Of a DNA stretch of 64,000 bases, positions 24,818 to 35,730 are shown one piece after another. Position numbers and translations under genes: made by a program. Positions within the stretch are counted from its first letter, which is position 1, and each line of letters opens with the position of its first letter. This DNA comes from Haplodiscus bocki (taxonomy: Eukaryota), in NCBI GenBank assembly GCA_965655095.1, contig OZ296657.1, forward strand, positions 48,298,001-48,362,000. Reading direction: 5' to 3'. The notes beneath the pieces were generated by a model that saw nothing but the letters and a program-made list of their open reading frames with translations, was not told the origin of the DNA and did no database searches.

Positions 24818-26457
24818 CTTAGCAGCAGAAAAAAATACACCAGAAAAAAATAGCAACCCAGGGCGAATAGGACTTCGGAAAACTTTTGGTATAAACATAG
24901 GGTCCCCCTAAACCCTCATTTCATTTTCCCGCGAAATGGGGTAAATGAAATCAAAATGTGCCAGTGTTTACACTTTTATAAGCATTTTTCCTGAGGAACA
25001 AATGAAAAGTTCAAACTTTTATTGATTTGTGCGCTCTCACCGCTACAGTGATGGTTCGTATGGTCCCTCCTGTACTCCTACGCAGCTTTGGTGCGTTTTG
25101 AACAAAACCTTCAGATTTTTTCGAATTGTCTCAAAAATCATCATGTCGGACTAAGTCGCAAAATGTCGCATGAAAAGCGTCAAAAAACAACTAGCCGAGA
25201 ACGGCCAAGTCAACGCTGCCCATAAAGCTCAGAATACTAAGAACGGGAGGGAGCTTTTGATGTCTAAAAACTTTCAACTTTTCGGACAGATTTGTTACAC
25301 GCAATGCGTGTAACGAAAAAATTTTGGGCCAAAAGCCAAAATTTTTTCCACGAAACAAACGATACAGCGTTTCCCAAAACTTTTGGTGTTTTTCTCTTGA
25401 AATTTTATTGGATCACCTAAATAGGGGTGTCACGAAAGTTTTTGGAATTGGCTTTTTCGAAAATCTCACAAACGTTTGATATATGGATATCTGCCAGTGC
25501 GGAAAAAAATTTCAATTTTAGTAAAGCATTTTGATGGTATTTGGAACGTTCTACTTATGGAAATATGTATGGTACGTACTTATTCTGTGGGTAGGGTGGG
25601 TAAAAATATGCAAGGCTAATAAAAACGTCGTACACAGAGTGAAATCTGTCATCTTGAAAAAAAAAACGAAGTACTACTATGATCGGGCTTTTTAGTAACT
25701 AAAAGCGCCAATTAAAATCCGAGTAACACTATTAACATTATTAAAATTTTCCGAAGCCCAAAAAATCAACACTTCCAACAGGTGTACATGTAGCTTTAAA
25801 AATTGTTCCCATTGAAAGGGACCGGAGCTGTCTCGAGGAGTTAATAACACACTTCCTTCTTCATGGCCTTATCTCTCAAAAATAATTTGCATACAACAAA
25901 GCCTCCTTCGCATAATCAACGCCTGACGTTTAAACATTTTCGAGTTTACGCAAATCAAAAATGACACTTCACAGTAGCATTCTGTAGAATTTCAACGGTG
26001 AAGTTTGACCGTACTTATTTCTAAAAAATATGGCTAGCTACATCACTTTTTGAGTAAATACTGATTGGAAGCCCGGCCGACTATTACAAAAAACAAAAAA
26101 AATCTTGAACTAGCATTTTTTTCAAAATAGTTTTTCAGAGGGCAAAGTTCATGAACTGTTACATTTATCTTGTTTTAGCTCCAGAGTGATTCATAAATGT
26201 TGGTGTAGTATTTGACTTGCATAACCTCTTGAGAACATCTGGAAAGGAATTTAAAAAAGCCTTCCGGATCATTAAAGCTGTTCATTTGGAGCGGAATAAG
26301 TCATTTCTCAACTCAATTCCGACCCTTCCCAATTACTTTTGATGACCGCCCTCGAACGCCTCTTGATGATTCTCATTATGACACTATGACGCACATGCCT
26401 GTTCATCAGACGTGGCTGATAATTCACCTAAGAGGTTAGAGAGGGTTTGACAAGAAA

Positions 26458-26713
26458 AGCTCCTCATTAGCAACTTATACATTCTCCTAATAAGCTAATC
26501 TGAGCAGCAAGAATGACTAGATAGGTAGGTGGCTGATGAATAAGCAGGAGTTAAAAGAAGCGAAAGCCTCAGAAATTAAACCCACGCGAACTTCTCATTG
26601 CTTTCTAGTTCGAATTAAATCTGATAACAACCAAACCGGAAAAATTCCCGCAAAACTCAACTCATTTAATCTTCCTTTTCTTTCCGTGAGTAGTTGAATC
26701 CTCATTAGGAGCT
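26458..26713. mobile_element. Possible MITE (duplicated at about 37372-37627)
   Basis: Imperfect 13-bp inverted ends, agctcctcattag / ctcattaggagct (11/13). Confidence 0.3.
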
Positions 26714-27138
26714 CGATGAACAAATTCGGATACGCAAATTTTTGAAGAATTAGGCTTTTTCGAAGCTAGACTACCGAACAACTAATGCTTGATTTTCATC
26801 ACCATTACCTCAAAAATCTTCGAAAATTCTGGTTCGATCTGGAATCACAAATCTGTACTTGAATAAATATTGATCCCGTTGCAATACATTTTTTTCATCA
26901 AACAGTTCTAGAATACCCTTCTGACATCAGAAACTTCAAACTACAACTCCATTAACAGCCAAAAATCGAAAAGATCATTCCTAATTCGAAACACCTGAAG
27001 TAATTGCATCGAGAACTAATGGAAAGTTGGGCGCTCAAAATCTTTAAACAAGGCTCGAAAGTCGTAGACTCTGTAACCTGACATTTCACAGCTCAACAAA
27101 AAGACAGCCAGTAACCTAGAGGGCCCTCTGGTCAAGGC

Positions 27139-27557
27139 CACGCTTGTAACAACCCTAATTAGCGGTTTAGCGAATTAGCAGCGGGTAGTTGTTGATTTAG
27201 CTTTTCAATTTAGCAGTGTGTAATTCTCCTTTGCTACCCAACCCAATCTGAGCAGATTTTGAATAGCAAAATTATTCTGTTGGATGACAAAATGGTCGTA
27301 TTATGACATCTCATCAAATAATTGGTGTATGAGAGCATTTTGACAATTCGAAAAGAATGCATGATTTAATCAGAAGCATATTCCGAAAAATCTATGCATT
27401 TTACCTTTGATGAAACAAGGCGGGAAAGTCTTGGAGACGAAGATATCACTATGACTACTTTCAACATATTAAATTGAATCAGTTACGAAAAACCGTTTTG
27501 AAGCGATTTAGCGGGTCGAAAATTAGGGGTTTGGTAGTTAGCGGTGTTACAAGCCAG
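27139..27557. mobile_element. hAT-like MITE (duplicated at 38053-38471)
   Basis: TIRs cacgcttgtaaca / tgttacaagccag, repeated ttagcg subterminal motifs, 8-bp ctagaggg on both sides, and an uninterrupted paralogous site at about 62026-62080. Confidence 0.6.
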
Positions 27558-28009
27558 CTAGAGGGTAGGACAAACAGCTTTTAACCCATATATACGAGTT
27601 CGAGATTCGTCAAGATAACTATTCTTTTTAGAACACATCCATTTTTGAATTTGTCTCACCCCTCCACCCTCCAAAATTTTCATGATACTTTTTGTATGCT
27701 GTGAGCTGACTTGAGCACTCAGGGTTTTATATCTCTTAGTAGTATAGGAAGGAGTGGCTTGGAGCCACTTGAGACTTTTTCCATATTAGGACGTGCCATT
27801 AGAGCCACTCCTCAATTCAAAGACGTTGCCAACTCCTAGTTTAACCTTATGACAGCTTATGTAGTTTAACTTTTTGACATATGTCAAACATTGAAGTCAA
27901 GATTTCGATGTGGTTCAAATGTCCAAAGTTATAGCAATACTGATGAAAATTTTCAAGCCTCATCGTATTCTAAATTAACCCCTTATTGGAATCCAAAACA
28001 TACCGAAAC

Positions 28010-31000
28010 GAATCTAAAGAATGACCAAGTTGAAAAAATCAGAGCTCATTTTTCCTCGAAAATTTCAAAAATAACTCAAAAAAATAGAGGAACATTGAAA
28101 AAACATCCACCGATTGAAATAGATTAAATTAGCAAACGCTTCTGCCGGATGGCCAGATCAAAATTTCAATCGATTCAAGTCTCTTTAAGGATCCGTTTTT
28201 TCAGTCACTATTATCAAGCGTAAGGAATAGGACAGGCGAGTGAATACGGCGGACCATTCGAGGAACTCAATCGTTTACTTCAATCGCCAGGATCCTTGTG
28301 ACGCCATAGCCAAAGCACAATCACTGAGTTCTATTCGCTCGCTTTTAGTTGGCTCGCGATTTTCACTTGCTGATTAGGTTTTCCAGTAATGACTTTATAG
28401 TTTTGAAGCCGAGACACGGTTCACTAACTCCTTTTGAAATTTGATTCTTTGAAAAATGTACAAGACTAGAATTTACTGCAATTTCAAAGTTATTTTTAAC
28501 AAGGAATTTTTAAATGAGCTTACGATACTGAAACGTTGTAAGAATCCCATATTCTTTTTCAATGTTCATCAGCAAAATGGCGAATTGACGAATGTCAAAA
28601 CGTTTTTACATCGAAACGCACTTTGTATCAGCATATTAGCCAGAAACACACTAAAGAGCCAATGACACACATTACATCAGCGGAATTTCATCTATGGTCA
28701 TTGCGATCCAAATCTCTTTTCTTCGTTCAACCTTCTTCGCCATATTCGAAATATTCAAAAATTACCTGGAAACTTCAAATGTCATTCATGTTCAGTTATA
28801 TTCGGATGCACAGAGTTGACCGACACTCATGATAAACAAATTAATTCACAAGCCTCCCTGTCTGCTACGTGCAGACTTTCGAAATCACGTTCAGTTTTGT
28901 GAGCACCACAAACCGTTGGAAATAAAAAATGCCAAACAACAACAAAAAGCTGACTTTCGAAAACTGGCAGAAAACGCAACTAAATCCTTTTGTTGTATAT
29001 GCATATGTAAAGGCAATTGATGTGGCTTCTTACGGTGCTGGTGAAAACAATAATCCAAACACAATCGAAGACGAACGACAAAATCCTGCTAACTTCGGAG
29101 CTATAATGTTTAACTCTAATTGTAAGTACTTTAATAGCTTGTCGAACCTAAAACATGGCTTTTCTGAACTGCTATTTTTGAAATCAATTCATGGACTGGT
29201 TCATTCGAAGTTTTGCGCGAATTTTGTTTCAGCAATTCCAATGGAGAAACCGGCTTATCATCGAGGAGCAGATTGTATTTCAAAACTTCTGCAAACTCTC
29301 CGCTCCTGGTTGAAATGTGTGTACAGTGAAAAGCAAACCTTCCGGTGCCTTCAACTTTCTGCGGCTGATCGTCAAAAACAATTATCACCAATAACAATCA
29401 TTTGTTGCATATCTGGAGATTCAGTTAATCAATTGGAGATTCTTATTCATCACCGTCATTTAACTGTTAATTCTTTCGGAGTGGTCCATTCCTCCTGCAA
29501 CTTAAAAGCGAGACCAAACAATCTGCCAAAGTTTTTCCAGAATCTTTCACGTTAAAATGCTCATCACATTGTCAAAAATCTGACTCTTCTGTTCGGTGAA
29601 AACTCGTCTGCCGTTTCGCGAATGGACGATGTGTATATTTCTTTTAGCGTTTCTGTTCCTGTCGGATCTTATTATACAAAGAATCATAAAAATGTAACAA
29701 TTACAAACAACCTCAGATTTCTCGATAGTTTCCAGTTCGTGTCTCTAAGTTTAGACTCTGTGGGAAAAACGTTGAAAACTGAGGACATTCTGTTATTGAA
29801 GACGTTTTTCCATCAAGACATGCGACAATCGATTTGAAGCTACTTACTCGAAAAGGCTATCTTCGAAAAGGTGATCCTTCACACTCCTAGTTGAACTCAT
29901 TCCCAAAGCCCCAAAAACCTTTACCCAATTATGCAGACGACTGGACAAAGACCTTGACAGGCAACATTGACATTTCCGAGGCAGACGTTGCCCAAGCCGT
30001 CAAAATTACAATTTGTTTGGTTGTCGCAACTTGGGCGTTTACCATGATGTGTAAATACGGACTGATGTTTTAATTCTAGCTAATGTTTTTGAGAAAGTTC
30101 GGCTAGTTTGCATGGAAGTTTACCAACTAGATCCAGTTCATTTCTCAGCCCCCAACCTGAGCTGAGACGAAAGGCTAATTACTACCAGCGTCGATTCGGG
30201 TCTTTCGAGTGATATTGACATGTTGCTGTATCTAGAGAGAGGAATTCGTGAAGGTATTAACGGAATTGATGAGCTACGCCCTCTCCAAGCTAACAATAGA
30301 GATTTGGATGACTTTGGTTAACCATAGGGCGAATGTTTACGGTGCGTTTTTTGACGTCACTTTTCTTTATGCCGGTACCACGCAACAGACTCTACCTGTG
30401 GAGAGTTATGACAGGAATGAAACAAACACATTGAGAGAAATCCTGGCTAGCAGTGAAGATTCGGTTGTTGGATTTTTTGCAGAAGTCAATATCACCTATC
30501 CATCTTCTTTGGATGAGTCTCACAATGTTTTGCCTCTGGCACCCGAAAAGTTATTGATTCAAAAGTCATGGTTGTTTCCCTACGCACAATCTTTCAATGT
30601 CAAATTAGCAAGTGACGGTCGAGAAAAGCTACTTGAGAGATTGTTGGATAAAAATCGTTAAGTTTGCCGTTACCAAAATCTTAAATTTTATGTCACTCCT
30701 GATCTCAAAGTTCAAAAACTTCATCGTGTCATTCAGTTTCGACAAAGCGAATGGCTGGGTGATTACAGTTCAAAAAACTGATATGGGGAAGCAAGCAACC
30801 AATGATTTCGAGAAAAATTTCATTAAATTAATGAGCACTGCTTGTTTCGAAAACTATGAAAAACTTGCGAAATCGCAGACAAACTCTATTCGTTAACAAC
30901 GAAAAACCAGCTGAGAAATCGTGGTTAAAACCTACGTTTAAACCTTATCAAATTAATCATAATGGGTCAGTTTCCCTTTTTTTGCCACGAGCAAGATTGT

Positions 31001-31560
31001 TTGGTCGAAACATAGCCATGTGGGAGCTTGCATACTTGATTTGTCCAAACGGAGCCTCTACAAATTTGACTACGATTGAATGAAACCACGTTTTGGTGAC
31101 AAAATAAAAGTATGTTACGAAGACACGGATTCCCTTTTGTAAAGAGTCGAGACTGAAGATCTACACCCAGAAATGGTCACCTTCAAGCATTTCCTGAATT
31201 TGTCAAATCATCCCGAAGAGCATTTTCTACATGAGAAAACGAATAAAAAGGTTCCGCTCACGATGACAGATGAAGTGCAGGGGAAATAATAGGTGAATTT
31301 GTTTGCTTCCGATTGAGACTGTAGTATTCAAATTGAAGGCAGTGTCAAATAGGGTGCCAAAGCAGTACAAAAAAGTGTCAAATAGACCCTGAATCACGAA
31401 ATGTTCAAGTTGTGTTGGCTGAACAAAGGAAAAGTGAAAAGGTTTATGACCCCACTTAGATCTAAAAACCATCAAATTGTCGTCATCCGTATGCACAAAA
31501 TTGCCCTGAAAAGTTATGATGACAAACGACATCTAATCATGATGGCATCCATTCACTCGC
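28010..31560 (+). pseudogene. Protein-primed DNA polymerase B (copy 1)
   Basis: HHRHLT..GVVHSSCNL, FQNLSR*NAHH (Exo II), LRFLDSFQF, FDVTFLYAG..QTLP (DxxSLYP region), LPLAPEK, FEKNFIKLM, YEDTDSL (YxDTDS), KIALKSYDDKR. Frameshifted. Confidence 0.93.
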
Positions 31561-32299
31561 ACAGGGACACTACAAAAATAAGGGAGAGCTATGCAGCAAT
31601 GGTTAATCTTTTTTCCATTTTAACTGTGACACAACGTTCACATTTCAAAACTCTTTATTCGTGTTTCTCAGAATCTGAAGTTTCCTCGCTGTTCGGCCAC
31701 AGCGACAACGAAAGTGACCATGGAAGTTCCTGCTACTTAAAAAATATTCTAAGTGACACAGATATAGATGACAGCCAACGCGTAACTCCGGCAACTTTAC
31801 ACTCTTTCCTGCAACATCACGAAAGCTTTTGTTAGAAAGCTTGAATGGCTTTTTTCCAATATTGGGTTTTTCATTTTTCTGGAAATCAAAAAGCCGTGAA
31901 TTTCAGCGCCTCCGGATCCCGGTTCACATCAACCTCACTATACAGACATCGATACGGATGAGCATTGGATTGATTGGGACAGTTTTAATGAAAAAGTGGC
32001 AGAAGCTGAACATGTTGAAACCAGCAATACGTGTGCCTTCATACACTGCGAGTCTATTGATGATGATGTTGATGAAAATTCCCGTGACAGTGATAGTAAG
32101 GATGATATCTCAGCGTCCGCCAAAAACAGATGTGAGCTTGTTCTCTATAGTGATAGCAGTGATACTGACAATGGAAACTAAGTATGAAAATTCATTCATA
32201 GTAATTACTCTGCATATAACAAACCTTATATCCAAAATTACATTTACAGTCTATATTGAAATAACGAACAATGTCAATCTCCGAAACACTTGGTAGATG

Positions 32300-32833
32300 G
32301 AAAAGAGAACGGTTGGTGAATATTGCATTTTTGATGGGAAGCTTTTCCTTCCTTTACAAAACAAAGTAGAGACGTTTTCAGCAAAATGAATTTCATTTAG
32401 ACAGTGGGTCATAAACAAATACTACAGTCTGCATAGGTTAGAACTAGGGTTTTGCAAAGGAAAAGTTATCTCAAATGTACTGATCGTTTCCGATAAGAGG
32501 GCAGGCTTTAGCTTTGTTCTCACCTAAAAATTTTGATAAGTTCACCTAGAGGATCCCACAGGAAAATCATTATTATTGCATCACTCGACAATAGAGCCTG
32601 CTTTTCTGAAGGATTAATTAAAATGTATGACATCAGAAACCAATGCTCTCCCGCTTGTCTGGGCTGCACAGCTTACAATTTGATAAACACTTCTGGCCAG
32701 TTGCAACAGCAGAGTCAAGTATTTTCTCAAAATCTCGACCTGAAAAAAAGTTGTCAAACGAAGCCACACCAATAAATTCTTTGGAAAGAATGTGACAGTT
32801 ATCCGCCAATTGAATTAAGGTGGAATTATCCAT
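32300..32833 (-). pseudogene. Adenain-like cysteine protease (copy 1)
   Basis: FIGVASFD, QIVSC..AGEHWFL (catalytic His), FLWDPLG, QNPSSNLC (oxyanion Gln and catalytic Cys) across frameshifts. Confidence 0.8.
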
Positions 32834-32839
32834 TGACTG

Positions 32840-34120
32840 AAGGCAAACTCTTGAAAATTTTCGAGAATGGTGAATAAAAAACTGACTCAATCCTTCTCCA
32901 ATTAGAAATATTTCGACTGCCTCAGGTAAAGCTTTGCTGAAAGATAATTTCAATGTTATTCCTGCTCCCGTCATTTCGGAAAGAAGTGTGAAATTCTCAG
33001 TAGGTTCTCGTGTTGATGTTAGGTCGAATACTAGGTACAAATGGTAATCCTGAGAGCCATCCAAGGTAATACCGTTGCCACCACGTTCGAATCCCAAAGC
33101 TGTTATGGTATTGTAAAACAGTCGTGCGTCGTTTGATGTGTCCAATGGCGTCCCTGCAGTAAATCAACCTTTTGCAAAACAAATTTATGATAACTAAAGG
33201 GCGTTTAGGCTGTCGCTGATCTGCAGAAATAACAATTCCGAACCATGCACAATGTTGAAAGACGAATGGCTTCAGTGCCAGAAATGTTTTCTTTCACACA
33301 GCAATTCTATTCCGGATTCTACTGAAAAGCTTTTTGTTGAGCTTTCTATGTACGGATAAACCGAAAAATTCTTTGTAAGCGCCCGTTCAACCTTAAGTTC
33401 GACGGTATCCGACAAGACAATCTTGTTTTAAAAAAAGACGTCTTCTCAATCACCACTACGGGCGGATTTTGATCAAGACTTTTGACTGCATCCGCATCCA
33501 AATCGGTCAATGTTTCCAATGCGCAGTGATTGATCGATCGATAAAAGCGCAAGTGAAGTGTCACGCCTGGCAGTAGCGACCGCTCGCAATCCAGGAAGTC
33601 AACATGTGGAGCTCCATAGAAGTGAAGTGAGCAGGTACCATTATCAGCAAATTTTTGACGATTTCATCTTTCACTTCTTTTTTTTGTATGGTCGATAAGG
33701 GTAACCCTGGCAAACAATCCATGTCCTTCTGCTAGCTGAGTCTGTTGGTAATTCTGTTTCGACAAATGCGACGTGATGGTAGTTGTTGGTATTGGATATC
33801 AATTTGCCATTCAGAAACAATTCAACATGTGAAAACAAAGAGCGTAACGTATTGTTGGAAAAAAATACTTGCAGCATCTTTTCTATCTGGGTTGTATAAA
33901 TTTACGTCCGATCCAGTTTTTATGGTATGATGAGACAAAAAATGAAGCTGAGGCCCTCTGCAACCTACATGGGGAAGGACTTCTTGACCGGAAGATCCTT
34001 CGTAATTTATCAGTACGAACGGTCCTTCAAAAAAACTAGAGCGCTGTGGGTTACGGCACTTGCAGTTTCACTTGAGCTTTCGTGGAAAATGAGGTTTTGG
34101 TTGCTTTTGCTGGTATTCAT
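32840..34120 (-). pseudogene. Polinton double-jelly-roll major capsid protein (PY) (copy 1)
   Basis: NNTLRSLFSHVELFLNGKLISNTNNYHHVAFVETEL and NGITLD...YLVFDLT, both typical Polinton MCP motifs. Confidence 0.85.
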
Positions 34121-35421
34121 CACTCCTTCCTTCGTTATCTGCTGCTTCCTAATCAGGTTCTTCAATAGTTGTTGAAGGCTACACCAGAGAGCAGATCGAA
34201 CCAATTTCTCAAAGCAGACTTTTTCCGATTAATGGCTTCTTTCAGTTCATTGTCCAGGGTTCGCTGCCCAGACGCAAGCCCTCTCCCCGAGCGACGCCTT
34301 CCTGCTATCCGTCCCGCGGCAATCGGTCGCACAATCTCAGATTCACTTGCAATTGGTTTCTTTGATGTATATGCGCGAGCATAAACCCTTTCTGAAAAGT
34401 CGGCGCCGGAGGTGGTCGAAGCAGTGGCTTTCGAAGCACCTTTTTTTCGACGTTTCTCCCAGCCCTGCTTTTGGTCTTTCGTTAATCGAGATGACGAGAG
34501 ATTTCCGGCAAAAATGCAGATAATAAGTTCTTTCCAAATTCATTGGCCACACGCATCACGTACTGTTTTACTAGGTATCGCCACGTGGCGCATACGCAGG
34601 GCGAATGCACGCAATCCTCCAGATCCACACTGGTGCGAAGTCCCGCGAAAAGCGATTGCATTGGGACTTCGAATCGTTTTAGCGGGATTTGATTGGCAAA
34701 CTGAGTATCCATCAATCTGTCTCGTTCTATTTATCTCCGTGTCTCTTTTGCCAACGGCCAAGGTAAAAAAGATGTTCTTTGTGGCTAACTCTTGTTACAG
34801 GTTGCGACTGTTCAAATCTTGTTGCTGTTAGCTGGATGGATGGAATGAAGCTGCCTACAAAAGATCACAACTGCTTCATCTAACCTCCAATTTAGAGAAT
34901 GAGGAAAGAGACAATGTTTAGAAATAAGTACGCTGGGGCTAGAAAGCATGACTACAACAAACACAATGAAAACAGAAATCGTGGGCTGTCGCTGAGGAAT
35001 TAATTTTGTTTGTCTAAAACGCAAAATCAGGTTTGTTCTTCCACGAATTGGAATGCGACCGCCTGTTTCATTTCGGAGAGCAATGGTTGTTGAATGAAAT
35101 GCAGACTTGATCACTCAACGCCATCGAAATCTAGTGAACGTTCGATGTCTTTTGTTGTCAGCAACTGGTACCGCTCTGAAAAAAGCTGTTTGTGTAACTC
35201 CGAGTATTTCGTTTTGAACCAAATCACAGTAAACAAACATAGTGTGACATCCTGCTGTTAGATCAAAAGGATGGTTACCACTTTGCTCGGTCGTTTCGCC
35301 GCGTCCTTCCACTTTCAGTTTTACAATGTCGCGGAACTCCCAAACCATGACTTCCTTCAGTGTGTTTGTGATCAACATTTGTTCGGCTGCAGTCGATTAA
35401 GTACTCCAAACCGAGTGTTTT

Positions 35422-35730
35422 TCAGAGCTTGGGAAACAGCTTTGAGTCGGATTTTTTCTCTTCACTCGAACTTGTGCTATATGCTAACTTGCGATATGCT
35501 AAGATGACGTTGTGGGACATGAAAGCGTGGATGAGCAGCCGAATTGCATTTAACGGGTGCTTTTTGTTCACACCAAAAACTCGCTTGAGCGTGAATGAAT
35601 TGAGTTCGGCCATGTTGCAGAAAAACAGCAAGATGAACACATACCAGGCCTGTGGCAAAAAACCGACAATTGATACAACGAAACTCAAAACAGCTTTATC
35701 ATCAAGTCCTATCACGCTAATACTGTGCTC
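35422..35730 (-). pseudogene. PTDSS1: Truncated duplicate of the PTDSS terminal exon fused to a novel tail
   Basis: Identical to 24573-24817 up to ...VILAYRKL, then reads AYSTSSSEEKKSDSKLFPKL* through the junction into Polinton DNA. Confidence 0.85.

Larger units (their letters stand above)
24573..35472. repeat. Tandem segmental duplication, copy 1 (10.9 kb)
   Basis: Nearly identical to 35486-46385 (offset 10913-10914); about a dozen substitutions and two homopolymer indels seen. Confidence 0.97.
27738..35472 (+). mobile_element. Duplicated left half of Polinton 1 (left TIR, pPolB, protease, MCP, truncated penton)
   Basis: Starts AGTAGTATAGGAAGG; copy of 38652-46385, cut at the duplication junction. 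Confidence 0.92.

Noticed and set aside
24510-24911. Plus-strand 133-aa ORF and similar opposite-strand ORFs (e.g. 54215-54469, 56478-56927, 34412-34831)
   Set aside because: Antisense shadows of real coding sequence on the other strand.
25294-25314. Perfect 10-bp-arm palindrome gttacacgca-a-tgcgtgtaac
   Set aside because: An isolated motif inside intronic repeat-like DNA with no evidence of function; its second copy is due to the duplication.
31996-32181. Acidic small ORF after pPolB as an Rb-binding oncoprotein-like gene
   Set aside because: No LxCxE motif (IHCES only); function cannot be supported.
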